Below are positions 10,917 through 21,519 of a stretch of DNA of 64,000 nucleotides, in pieces. Below the pieces are notes generated by a model, which was not told the DNA's origin, ran no database searches, and saw nothing but the letters and a program-made list of their open reading frames with translations. The translations under genes and the position numbers were made by a program. Source of the stretch: Nitrospirota bacterium (GTDB taxonomy: Bacteria > Nitrospirota > JACRHJ01); assembly GCA_963733375.1 (NCBI GenBank), contig CAVTDB010000010.1, positions 1-64,000 of the forward strand, read 5' to 3'. Position 1 is the stretch's first letter. The number at the start of each line of letters is the position of its first letter.

Positions 10917-12174
10917 TTATTCCCGTATCTGGCCGGAGCCCATCACGATAAACCTCTGCGTCGTAAGCTCCTCCAGCCCCATGGGCCCGCGCGCGTGGAT
11001 GCGGGTGGTGCTGATGCCTATTTCCGCACCCAGGCCGAACTGCCCGCCGTCGTTCAACCTCGTCGATGCGTTCACGAATACCGCGGATGCGTCCACCTCG
11101 TTTAAGAACCGGAGCGCGTTGGTGTAATTTTCCGTGACTATCGCCTCGGAGTGCTGGGAGCCGTATTTGGCGATATGCTCCATCGCCTCTTCCAGGCTCT
11201 CTACGATTTTCAGGTTCAGTACGAGGTCGTTGTACTCCTTATACCAATCCTCTTCTTTCGCGACGGACAAGCCCTTCACTAACTTCCTGGCCTTCGCGTC
11301 CGCAATTATTTTCACCTTCGCCGCCTTCAGGTCCTTCACAATCCAGGGCAGGAATTCTTCCGCGATTGCCGAGTGGACGAGCAGGCACTCCATCGCGTTG
11401 CAAGTACCTGGCCGCTGGACCTTCGCATTCATGCAGATGTCGCGCGCCATGTCTAGGTTCGCGAATTCGTCCACGTATGTATGGCAGACTCCCTTGTCGT
11501 GCTTTATGACGGGGATGCGTGAGTTCTCCGTCACCATATTTATCAGGCCCTCGCCGCCCCTCGGGATGATGAGGTCTATATATTTGTCCTGTTTCAGCAT
11601 CTCCAGCACGGCCTGCCTGTCCGTCATCTCGATAAAACTAACCGCCTCTTTGGGGATGCCGGCCTCCTTGAGCGAGTCCTGGAGTATCTTCACTATCGCC
11701 AGGTTGGAATTTATCGCCTCGGAGCCGCCCCGGAGTATCACGCCGTTCCCGGACTTAAGGCATAGAGCGGCACTGTCGGCGGTAACGTTCGGGCGCGATT
11801 CATATACGATGCCGATAAGCCCGATAGGCACGCGGATCCTCCCCACTTCCATCCCGTTCGGGCGCTTCGAAATCTTTGTAACCTCGCCCACCGGGTCGGG
11901 CAGGGCCGCTATCTCCCTGAGTCCGTTCGCCATCGCCGCAATGCGCGAGGGGTTAAGCGTAAGCCTGTCCAGCATGGCCTTACTTAAGCCCCTTCTTCTC
12001 CCCGTCCGTGATGTCCTTGTAGTTCTCTTTTACGAGGTGCGCCTCCGCCGCCATCAGCTTATCCGCCATCGTGAGTAACGCCTTGTTCTTCGCCTTCGCG
12101 GGAGTAGTGGCGAGCTTGCGCGCGGCGTCTTTTGCTTTCGCGGCGGTTTTAGAAACGTATGATTTTATGTCCAT
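10917..12174 (-). CDS. proA: Gamma-glutamyl phosphate reductase (frameshift near 11985)
   Basis: YESRPNVT, IIPRGG, RPGTCNAME, VNASTRLNDGGQFGLGAEIGISTTRIHARGPMGL. Confidence 0.95.
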
Positions 12175-12289
12175 GGGACCCCCTATTTATTAAGCATTTT
12201 TGCCTCTTGTTTCCATTATACCTATATTTTTTAATGTATCTTAATTTTTTACTATCAATCCTGGCGCAAGTCAAGATAAAATAAAGAAA

Positions 12290-13090
12290 ATGGACATCTA
12301 CCCAGGCAAGACGGACAAACTGCTCTTCGAGGACCGCTCTCCGATTCAGGAGCTTAAAGTTCTGGAGAAGCTCTCCGGATACCGATACCTGCTCTTAAAC
12401 GGAGTACAGCACGGCGGGAATATCCCGGGCCAGCCGGGAAGGCTGGTGCTGCCATATTTCAAGCTGGCGACTGCGGCGCTCGCGTTCACGGAGAGGCGGA
12501 GAGATTTTCTGATGGTGGGCCTGGGAATTGGCGCCCTGCCGTCGTTCTTCCGCCATATCCTGCCGGATGCGAAGATAGACGTGGCGGAGTACGACCCGTA
12601 CGTTACAAAGGCCGCCGAGGAATATTTCGGCTTTATGAAAGACAGTGACCTGCGGGTATTCTTCGGGGACGGGAGGGAGTTCGTCAACTCCACGGCGAAG
12701 AAATACGACGCGATATTCCTGGACGCGTACCGTAACGTATCCGTGCCTTCGCACATGACGACTCTTGAATTTATATTGGAAGTGAAAGAGAAGCTTCAGC
12801 CCGGCGGGGCGGTGGTCTGGAACCTCTGGGGCTCGGTTGTAAATCCCCTTTTCGAGCCGTGCGTCCGGACGCTCCTGGATGCGTTCCCGAACGTTTACCA
12901 ATTCAAATCATATACATACAACTACATCTTCATCGCGCACAACCAGGACGCGGGTCTTCAGCCGCACGAGGTCCTGATACGGGCGAAGGCGGTCGATAAA
13001 AAATTCAGCCTGGGGTTCTCTCTTACGGATATCGTCAGAAAGGGTTTCTCGAAGGTGGAGCTTTCGGATTTTGACAGTGCGAGGCCATAA
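12290..13090 (+). CDS. Spermidine synthase-like SAM-dependent methyltransferase-fold protein
   Basis: VGLGIGAL, VAEYDP, GDGREF, YDAIFLDAY, HMTTLEF. Confidence 0.75.
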   Translation: MDIYPGKTDKLLFEDRSPIQELKVLEKLSGYRYLLLNGVQHGGNIPGQPGRLVLPYFKLATAALAFTERRRDFLMVGLGIGALPSFFRHILPDAKIDVAEYDPYVTKAAEEYFGFMKDSDLRVFFGDGREFVNSTAKKYDAIFLDAYRNVSVPSHMTTLEFILEVKEKLQPGGAVVWNLWGSVVNPLFEPCVRTLLDAFPNVYQFKSYTYNYIFIAHNQDAGLQPHEVLIRAKAVDKKFSLGFSLTDIVRKGFSKVELSDFDSARP

Positions 13091-13094
13091 GGGA

Positions 13095-13961
13095 TTAAAT
13101 ATTCACGGTAATTATCCCGAAGGCCACCATCGCCATCCCGACGATTACTTTCGCGTCAACCGGATCGCCCATAATAAGCCAGCCGGTAAGCACGCCAAGT
13201 ATCGGGAGGGTAAAGCCGAATATGGAAACCCTCCCCACCTCGCCCAGCTTCAATGCCTTATACCAGGCCAGAAACGGTATCATCGTTGCAAATAAAATGA
13301 GATAGATAAGCGCAAACCAGCCGCCCCTGTTCACTCCCGCCATGAATTTCCCTTCAAATTTATACCCGATAGCAATAAGCGGAGCGGCGCCCATCACCAT
13401 CTGCATGCCCGTAACCGCAAGGGTATCCCGGCGGGCCATTATCTTTTTCGCGGCGATGTTTGAGCCTGCCCATGTCATGGCGGAGAGGATGAGAAGTATC
13501 ACTCCCAGCTCGTAGTGGCCCTTCATGACTTCGGGGTTCCAGGATGTTACGAGCACCCCGCCGAAGCCGACCAGCGTCCCGGCGACTCTGGGGACACTGA
13601 GGCGTGAGGCAGTGAAAAATAAGGGCGCGGCGAGTATAACGAAGAACGGCGCGGTGTTGATGAATATCGCGGAGACGGAGGCGTTAGTGTACTGTACTCC
13701 CATGAAAAATAATGCATTCTGGACTCCGGTCTGAAATATCCCGAACAGTCCGATTACCCAGAGGTCCCGTAATGAGAACTTCAGCCTGCCCATAAATGCC
13801 GCCACGACCAGCAGGACAAGTCCGCTTGCGAAGAATCTGACCCCTGCAAAAGTGAGGGGTTTCAGGCCGCCGTTCAGCCCGATCTTCACGGCTACATATA
13901 CAGAACCCCAGACTGTGCAGGCGATGAGGGCGTAAATGACTGATTTGCTCGAATCTTTCAT
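13095..13961 (-). CDS. EamA/DMT family transporter
   Basis: About 10 hydrophobic helices in two EamA halves (VWGS...AVK, FAGVRF). Confidence 0.88.
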   Translation of the reverse strand: MKDSSKSVIYALIACTVWGSVYVAVKIGLNGGLKPLTFAGVRFFASGLVLLVVAAFMGRLKFSLRDLWVIGLFGIFQTGVQNALFFMGVQYTNASVSAIFINTAPFFVILAAPLFFTASRLSVPRVAGTLVGFGGVLVTSWNPEVMKGHYELGVILLILSAMTWAGSNIAAKKIMARRDTLAVTGMQMVMGAAPLIAIGYKFEGKFMAGVNRGGWFALIYLILFATMIPFLAWYKALKLGEVGRVSIFGFTLPILGVLTGWLIMGDPVDAKVIVGMAMVAFGIITVNI

Positions 13962-14018
13962 AGGCTTGGGACAAAGGATACAGGCAAAATAGCGGGATAG
14001 TCAAGGAAAACGGGAAAT

Positions 14019-14411
14019 TTACGGGCGGGGATGCGTCTCTAAGCTTTTAGCTGATTCTTTACCCATCTCTCGATATTTTCCGTTGCGTCGGCACGGCTCA
14101 ATAAATTTGATGCCATGCCTGACAGGGCCATAAATGGCCATTGCGTATTCCTTGCACCATCTGATGCTCGAACAGGCATAGCTTTTCACTAAAATCCCGC
14201 TCGATAATTTCGGTTTCGCGGGAAGGGCAAACTCAAGTGTATATTCCTGGCCCACTTCGCATTCGATATAAGACAATATGAGCATTCCGGAGGGGCTGAT
14301 GTTTTTTATGTAGCCATAAAAAAATACGTCGTCTTCGGACGATGCATAGACCGGAATAGGCGGGGCCGGCACTCTGGGCTCCGACCTCTTTTCGGGTTCT
14401 AACAAGTCCAT
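14019..14411 (-). CDS. PilZ domain protein
   Basis: RSEPR (RxxxR) and NISPSG (N/DxSxxG) c-di-GMP-binding motifs; HGIKF. Confidence 0.7.
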   Translation of the reverse strand: MDLLEPEKRSEPRVPAPPIPVYASSEDDVFFYGYIKNISPSGMLILSYIECEVGQEYTLEFALPAKPKLSSGILVKSYACSSIRWCKEYAMAIYGPVRHGIKFIEPCRRNGKYREMGKESAKSLETHPRP

Positions 14412-14678
14412 TAATTTTCCTGATGTTTGGATGAAAATTATGCCCGGATATGTATTCCAAGAGGGGTAACTTTTTGTCCGGTCTTTTTTGAAAAAAATGC
14501 TATATCAGCCATAATAGAAAGTCAATATCTTTTTCCATAATAAATATTATTTTCTCATAATCCAAGTCCCCGCTTTAGCTTTGTCCGCACCTCCGTCCTC
14601 CCCGCTTTACTTGGAGCCGAAATTCACTTATAATCAACGCGGATACTTCACTCCCATGAGAAAGGGCAAGGAGGCTTC

Positions 14679-15448
14679 ATGGAAAGCTTGAAAGGCAAAG
14701 GCGCGGTGATAACCGGCGCGAGCAGGGGCATCGGCAAGGCAATCGCGACGGCGCTGGCGCGGGAAGGCATGGACCTGGTCCTGGCGGCACGGGGCGGGAC
14801 GCGCTTAATGAACTGTGCGTGGAACTGACGGAGACGCACGGGGTAAAGGCGCACCCGGTATTATGCGACGTATCGAAGCAGGCGGACCTGGAAAAGCTTG
14901 CGTCAGTGGCGGTAAAGAAGCTTGGCCGGGTGGACGCGCTGATAAACAACGCCGGGGTATCCAGCCAGCACCTGTTTCATAAACAGCCGCTCGAGGACAT
15001 CCCGATGCTGATGCAGACGAACTTCTTCGGCTACGTGATGCTTACGAGGCTCCTCATCAACCACATGGTGGAAAACGGCGGCGGCTCCATAGTAAACATC
15101 GTATCCGGCTCCACGCTCGTCGACCCGCCGCCTAAGACATTCATCGTTTACAGCTCCCTTAAATGGGCGCTCCGCGCATTCACCAAGGGGCTTTTCTGGG
15201 AGATGCGCGACTACAATATAAAAGTTACCTCGCTCCTCCCCGGAGTGACGGACACCTCGCTTACGGGAAACCTCGACCCCAAGACTATCGAGCCTTCGCG
15301 CCTGATGACGACCGAGGCGATAGAGAGGGCGGTGGTATTCGCCCTCACCGTGCCGAAGAACGTCTGTCCGCTGGAGATATCCGTAATCAACCAGCAGACA
15401 CCCTGGAAGATCCCGGTAATCCCCTACAGACAGGACCACCCGAAATAA
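14679..15448 (+). CDS. SDR family oxidoreductase (frameshift near 14800)
   Basis: MESLKGKGAVITGASRGIG from ATG 14679; INNAG; catalytic YSSLK. Confidence 0.88.
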
Positions 15449-15450
15449 AC

Positions 15451-17872
15451 CTACGGGTTCGTGCCGCTCACGGGTAAGGACACGGACGGGGCATAGGCTC
15501 CCGTCGCCGCCGAACGTCGCCGTTATGCTGTAGCTGCCCACCGGCAATACGATTGTCTTAGTGACTGAACCGTCGGCCAACGTCCGTCCCATTACCGCTC
15601 TTTTTCCGCCGGTTATCTTGACAACCCTGCCCGGTATGCCGTTTCCTGCCGGGTCCGTAAGCGTCGCCTGAAACGTCGCGGTACTGCCGTTGACCAGGGC
15701 CAGGCTGAGGTTTGTCGGGCTCTTGTAAACGATGCTCCTGGCAACAGACGGGATGCTCGTGCCTGTCGGCAGTTCGGCTATCACCCGCCAGTAAATATCT
15801 CTTCCCCAGTGAAAGCGCGTCTCCCCGCTGAAAGTCCGTGCCGGTCAGCATGGTAGGTGGAGGTGTATGCCGCGGGGAAACCCGGCTCTATCGAGACCTG
15901 GACATCGTACCCGGTGGCATTATCGTACCCCATGCCAGGAAAGGTCCGGGTCCGGCACGGTCACGACGGCCTTGTTAGCGGGTAAAAGAGCGGTCATCTT
16001 ACCTATGGTGCATGTTACAGGAGCCGACATTTCCTGCCCGGCACTTCGCATACCACGTATGGGTGCCAGGCCTGAATGTCATTTTCTTCCGGCAGGTCCC
16101 GTCCGGGCCGGTGACGGCTTTGCCGCACGGCATGTTCTTGCCTGACACGGTCTCAAAGAATTGCACCTGCTGGCCCGGCATCATACTCCCGTTCATCTTC
16201 AGGCTCGCATTCAAGGTAACCGTCTTCCCGTTCTGCGCATAGTCAAGCGAGAGCGTGTCCGGAATGACCGTGAAGTTTGCCGTTATGGTCTTATCTTTAT
16301 TCATCGTCACAGTCAGAGCGTTTTGCGTGCCGGACACGTCTCCTGACCATCCGCTGAACTGATAACCTGATGCGGGATTGGGCGTCAACGTAACCTGCGC
16401 GTTCGGTGCGTACGGCCCAGGCGCAGATAGTGTAACGGTACCTCCCGCCGCGGGGTTTGCGGAAGTGGTAAGAGAGTAAGAGCTTTTGCCGAAAGAAGCT
16501 GTTATGGTCTTATTGGAAGTCATGGTTATATTAACGGGACTGGAACTGCTGGTTGCGCCCCCGGACCAGCCGTTGAAGATGGAGCCGGATGAGGGAGCCG
16601 CCGTGAGGGCTACTACCGTATTTGCGCCGAAAGAGGCTTGCGCCGTGCTACTGGAAGCCCCGCAGTTTATCCCGGTCGGGGAGCTGGTTACAGTGCCCGT
16701 TCCGTCGCCCGTTTTGTTTATCGTTATCGTATATTTGGAAGCCGGAGGCGCGTTGTTTACCCCCCCGCGTACTGGCCAGACTGCATACAGGTATGCCGCG
16801 CTCGATTAGGTTCCGGCTTCTCCCGTTCCGTAGTCCATGGCAGCATACCAGAAGTTATTAGGGTGCACGCTGTCGTTCGAGGATGTCCAGTAATCCTCGA
16901 CCGGGAAGTCTGAACGGGTTCCCCGCCGGGAGCGGCGGGTTGGTTTGCGAGTAGTCTATAACGCTTCTTAACTCCTTCCTGTTCGGAAGCCGCCAGTCGG
17001 AGTACCCAAGGATAAGTTGAAGCGTTCAGGGATTGCACGTATGTCATGCGCATCGGTCCAGGTCTGATTGCCGCTGACGCTCAGCAACCTTGGGCCACAT
17101 GAGGCCGGTAAGGGTATCAGTGACGGTGGCGTCCGTATTGCCTGTGAAGCGGGTCTGCGGGCATCCCATGCCGCGCCGTATCCGTATATTGCGTTATATC
17201 CCGTCGTCCCCTGGATTATAGACCTGGGTCTGCCCGGTCCGCCATACTTTCGCAGGCGCCATTTGAGATCCCTCGCACCGGCTCCACATGCATCGAGGTG
17301 TCTCCTTTCGCAGACATAGAAGATCATCCCGCAGATCATGTCTTATGACCCATGCTGAGCCTGTATCCCCCGCGACGGTAGTGGACGTATAATAGGCTTC
17401 GTCCTCCGAAATTGACGAAACCGGACTGGTTCAGCCACTCATACTGCGCCGAGTCGCCCTTCAGGAGGCTTTCCAACTCGTTTACATTGGGGACACGCCA
17501 ATCAGCATAATGGGCGGTATAGCCGGTAATATTGTTAAACGCGCCTCAAATTATTATTTAACTTGTCCACGAAATCAAATTCCTGCGGCCACGTCAGAGG
17601 GTGTTGTGGCCGCATATCCGCTGCTGACAATGCAGTAGCCGTCCTTCATCCACATAAGCCCGGTCAAGTTGTCCGTAAGCGTGCCGTCGCCGTTATCCTT
17701 GAACCTGGGGGAGGGGCCATGCGAGGCCCGCCTGTATAGCGCCGTCGTCCCCGGGGCCGTAAGAAGCCGTCTGCCCGGTCTGGGGGAGAGATACCTCTCC
17801 GGCGAAGGAGGGCGTAATAAATATTGAAACAAAAAGGATAAATGCGGAAAAAAGGCGCAGATGGCCGGACAT
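15451..17872 (-). CDS. Secreted protein: two DUF1566 (Lcl/C-type-lectin-fold) domains, InlB-B-like repeats and Ig-like domains; many frameshifts
   Basis: Signal peptide MSGHLRLFSAFILFVSIFITPSFA; LPQTGQT, RFKDNGDGTLTDNLTGLMW, DWRVPNVNELES; second copy VTDTLTGLMWP, DWRLPNRKELRS; repeats PASGYQFSGWSGD...KTITANF. Confidence 0.7.
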
Positions 17873-18041
17873 GGTGTCACCTCAACCAGGTTTAAATGTT
17901 TGCCGGGGGATACTATTTAAGCGGAATACTGCAGGTGACTCTTATTGCGCAGGATGTTCAAAAAGCTTTTCGGAAGATATTGATTTAAATCTAATATGGG
18001 TTAGTCATTTTGTCAAATTATGCCCTGGGACTCATTTTTGA

Positions 18042-18070
18042 TTGACAAGGCCGTCCCACTAGAATATAAT
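18042..18070 (+). promoter_or_regulatory. Consensus sigma70 promoter of typA
   Basis: TTGACA-17 bp-TATAAT. Confidence 0.8.
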
Positions 18071-18156
18071 TAACAACCTCCGAAACAGGCAATCTTATAT
18101 ACTCCCCTGCCCCTCTTAATCTTTAAAGAGTGGGGCAAAAATTAAAGAAAGGAAGC

Positions 18157-18190
18157 GCCTTTCCTTGATGGACCGGGAAAGGCTTTTTTT
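18157..18190 (+). terminator. Intrinsic terminator-like hairpin in the typA 5' leader
   Basis: GCCTTTCC-(11 nt)-GGAAAGGC-TTTTTTT ending immediately before ATG 18191. Confidence 0.6.
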
Positions 18191-19996
18191 ATGATGAAAC
18201 CAGAAGAGATAAGAAATATCGCAATAATCGCCCACGTCGACCACGGGAAAACTACTCTCGTAGACGCGATGCTCTGGCAGAGCGGCACGTTCAGGGATAA
18301 CCAGGCGGTGGCGGTGCGCGTGATGGACAGCATGGACCTGGAGCGCGAGAAGGGCATCACCATAATGGCGAAGAACACCGCCGTCCATTATAACGGGATA
18401 AAGATAAACATCGTTGACACCCCCGGCCATACCGATTTCGGCGGAGAGGTGGAACGGACGCTGAAGATGGTGGACGGCGTGATGCTCTTAGTGGACGCCT
18501 CCGAAGGGCCGCTCCCCCAGACAAGGTTCGTCCTTAAGAAGGCGCTTGAATGCAGGCTGTCCCCCATCGTGGTGATAAACAAGATAGACCGGCCGGACTC
18601 CCGCATCCAGGAGGTCTTAAACGAGGTGTACGACCTGTTCATCGACCTTGACGCCTCGGAGGAGCAACTCGAGTTCCCGGTGCTGTATACGAACGCCAAG
18701 ACAGGGATTGCAAAGACATCGCCGGACGGCGAGGGAGAGGATTTAAGACCGCTCTTCGATGAGATAATCAAAACCATACCCGCGCCCGCGGTAGATTTCA
18801 CTGGGACCCTTCAGCTGCAGGTGGCGTCGATCGACTACTCCGATTACGTCGGCCGCTTAGGCATTGGAAGGATATTCTCCGGGACGATAAGAAAAGGCGA
18901 GCAGGTATCGCTTTGCAAGCTGGACGGCTCCGTCCAGACCGGCAAGATTACCGCGCTCTATACCTACAACGGCCTTGCAAGGTCGGAAGTGGACGAGGCC
19001 TACGCCGGGGACATCGCGGCCATTGCCGGTCTCGAAGACTTCACCATCGGCGAAACCATTTCAAGCATTGAGAACCCCAAGGCCATGCCGCCCATCACGG
19101 TGGACGAGCCGACCCTCTCCATGAACTTCTGTGTGAACAACTCTCCGTTCGCGGGCAGGGAAGGCAAGTTTATCACGAGCAGGAACATCAAGGAGCGGCT
19201 GGAAAAAGAAATACTCTATAACGTCAGCGTCCGCATCGAGCCGACGGACACCACGGATACCTTCAAGGTGTCCGGGCGCGGAGAGCTTCAGTTGGCGATA
19301 CTCATCGAGACCATGAGGCGCGAAGGGTTCGAACTGGCCGTGTCTAGGCCTGAGATAATAGAAAAAAAGATCGACGGCGTGCGCTCCGAGCCTTACGAGC
19401 TCCTGCTGGTGGACGCGCCGGAGGAACATATCGGCGTAGTGACGCAGAAGCTTGGAGTGCGAAGGGGCAAGATGATGAAAATGGTGAACCACGGCACGGG
19501 CCGGGTGCGGATGGAGTTCGAGATACCATCCAGGGGCTTAATCGGCTTCCGTTCGTCTTTCCTCTCCGACACCCGCGGCACCGGCATAATGAACACGCTC
19601 TTCATCGGGTACAGGCCGTGGTCCGGCGAGATATCCGGACGCTCCACCGGCGCGCTTATCGCGGACAGGCGCGGCAAGGCCACCGGCTACGCGATATTCA
19701 ACCTTCAGCCCAGGGGCGAGATATTCATAGAGCCTGGCCTGGAAGTCTATGAGGGCATGATAATAGGCGAGAACGCGAGAGAGGACGACATGGGCGTGAA
19801 CGTCACGAAGGAGAAGAAGCTCACAAACATGCGCGCTTCCGGTTCCGACGACGCCCTCCGGCTTGTACCGCCGCGCAAGATGAGCCTTGAGCAGGCGCTG
19901 GAATTCCTTCGGGAGGACGAGCTGGTAGAGATTACGCCTGTTTCCATACGCCTTCGGAAGAAGAAAGTGGACAAGAAGATACTGGCGAGGTTCTAA
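18191..19996 (+). CDS. typA: Translational GTPase TypA/BipA
   Basis: [53 protein letters not shown]. Confidence 0.97.
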   Translation: MMKPEEIRNIAIIAHVDHGKTTLVDAMLWQSGTFRDNQAVAVRVMDSMDLEREKGITIMAKNTAVHYNGIKINIVDTPGHTDFGGEVERTLKMVDGVMLLVDASEGPLPQTRFVLKKALECRLSPIVVINKIDRPDSRIQEVLNEVYDLFIDLDASEEQLEFPVLYTNAKTGIAKTSPDGEGEDLRPLFDEIIKTIPAPAVDFTGTLQLQVASIDYSDYVGRLGIGRIFSGTIRKGEQVSLCKLDGSVQTGKITALYTYNGLARSEVDEAYAGDIAAIAGLEDFTIGETISSIENPKAMPPITVDEPTLSMNFCVNNSPFAGREGKFITSRNIKERLEKEILYNVSVRIEPTDTTDTFKVSGRGELQLAILIETMRREGFELAVSRPEIIEKKIDGVRSEPYELLLVDAPEEHIGVVTQKLGVRRGKMMKMVNHGTGRVRMEFEIPSRGLIGFRSSFLSDTRGTGIMNTLFIGYRPWSGEISGRSTGALIADRRGKATGYAIFNLQPRGEIFIEPGLEVYEGMIIGENAREDDMGVNVTKEKKLTNMRASGSDDALRLVPPRKMSLEQALEFLREDELVEITPVSIRLRKKKVDKKILARF

Positions 19997-20069
19997 ACTA
20001 TTTTCTATATGTCAGAGCCGGCCTCTGCATGCCAGATTTCGCAGGGCGCGGCGGCCCCCCTTGCCTCCT

Positions 20070-20585
20070 TTACTTCATCACCTTCATGGCGTCCAGCTTT
20101 TCCTGAAGGAAAAGCTGGAAATAGCCGTCATATTTCCTCTGAAGCTCCGGGACCATCCAGTCTTCATCGGTAATCACGTCCCGGCAGTGCTCCGAGCCGC
20201 AGAAGCACTTAAGCCTGTATGGCTTAACGCCTTCGGAGGCATGCAATATCGTCGCGTAGTCGATGCATATCTCCTCGCCCGCCTCGATATCGCGCATCGC
20301 CACCAGGAATATCTGCCCCTTATACCCGGCATTCGGGTCGCAGGAATGGTTGATGAACGTGTCGTCTTCCTTGGAATACAGGACCAGGTCTTCGGTGATT
20401 GGCAGGCCGTAGTCGTTATATGGCTCCGGCAGCGCGGTTTCCTCCGCGCGCGTCAGGATCCAGCCGCCGTGTATCATCAGCAGCTCTCCCTTGTCTATAT
20501 CCCGAATGGTAAAATTCCCCTTCCCGCAGTGGGCGGTATCCCGCACTTCGAGCTTCGGGTTCAGCCAGCAGAATTTTTTTTCCAT
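20070..20585 (-). CDS. SET-domain protein-lysine methyltransferase with post-SET motif
   Basis: INHSCDPN, RDIEAGEEICIDY, CFCGSEHCR; likely start ATG 20585. Confidence 0.85.
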   Translation of the reverse strand: MEKKFCWLNPKLEVRDTAHCGKGNFTIRDIDKGELLMIHGGWILTRAEETALPEPYNDYGLPITEDLVLYSKEDDTFINHSCDPNAGYKGQIFLVAMRDIEAGEEICIDYATILHASEGVKPYRLKCFCGSEHCRDVITDEDWMVPELQRKYDGYFQLFLQEKLDAMKVMK

Positions 20586-20738
20586 GGGATAAACGATATA
20601 TGAAAATAAACAGGATTTCCACAAAAAATACAATTTACGCAAAAAAAATCCCCGGCCAGTTCTGCTGATCCTTAAATGCTTTCACCTGACTTGGGGAGGG
20701 AGGTGAAATGCCAAGGTTTCGCGTCTGGCCGGGGAATC

Positions 20739-21510
20739 CTAAAATGTTTCGCTCTTAATAAAAATATACCTTTCCGGAGCGGTTTGGTCAAGCTGAGGCA
20801 TAGGGATTATGAAGAAAAAAGATTTATTGCATCCCCCAGCCTCTCGCGGGCCAGCCGGGAGTTCCTGCCTAACCTCATAAGCGGCGGAATTTTGGCGGGA
20901 TGCGTCATAAAATAAACAATAAACCGCCCCCAACGCATCTTTCCTTCGCGCATGAGGAGGTTGAAATCTACCGGCAGGTCCTCGTCCAGGCCGTCGGATA
21001 TCGCGCGGATGGAGATAAACGGGACCCCCGCCTCGAATGCTCGCGCGGGCTGCGCCGCCGGACTCCATATCCAGCGCGATGGCCCCGCTCGCCCTGGCTA
21101 TTTCCTTTTTTTCCAGCGAGGTGATTACCGTTTTGGAGGCCGCGATGAACTTCCCGGTGCGGCATCTGATTTTTGAGACGGCGTCTATCAGGCCGGGGTC
21201 GCATGGATGGGTATTTAAAGCAGAAGAAGCGGTTACGATTTCCGACCGCGCCGACTATGTCTCCGGGAGAAAGCTCCGGGATAAGTGACGCGGAAAGGCC
21301 GACCGAGACGTACGCGCGCGCATTGGGGAAGAGGCCGAGGATTTCTTTAGCGGTCTTATATGCCCGTTCCTCGCCGATTCCGGAGACGGCCAGCACCGCC
21401 GGACTCCCGCCTATCTCGCCTTCAAAATAGCCGCGCCCGGCAGGGTGGAAATTGCCGCGCTTCCTTATACCCGCAATTTCAAAAGGGAAAGCCCCGGTGA
21501 AAATTATCAT
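20739..21510 (-). CDS. hpnG: Hopanoid-associated nucleoside phosphorylase (HpnG-like), frameshifted
   Basis: SGIGEERA, SVGLSASLIPELSPGDIV, DMES, second-frame RAISDGLDEDLP; directly downstream of shc. Confidence 0.65.
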
Positions 21511-21519
21511 ACGACTGGG

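Noticed and set aside
14561-14615. TCCAAGT...ACTTGGA inverted repeat enclosing two CCCCGCTTTA copies
   Set aside because: Short, single occurrence; no function assignable
15451-17872. Diversity-generating retroelement
   Set aside because: DUF1566 target-like domains are present, but there is no RT, Avd or template repeat in the window
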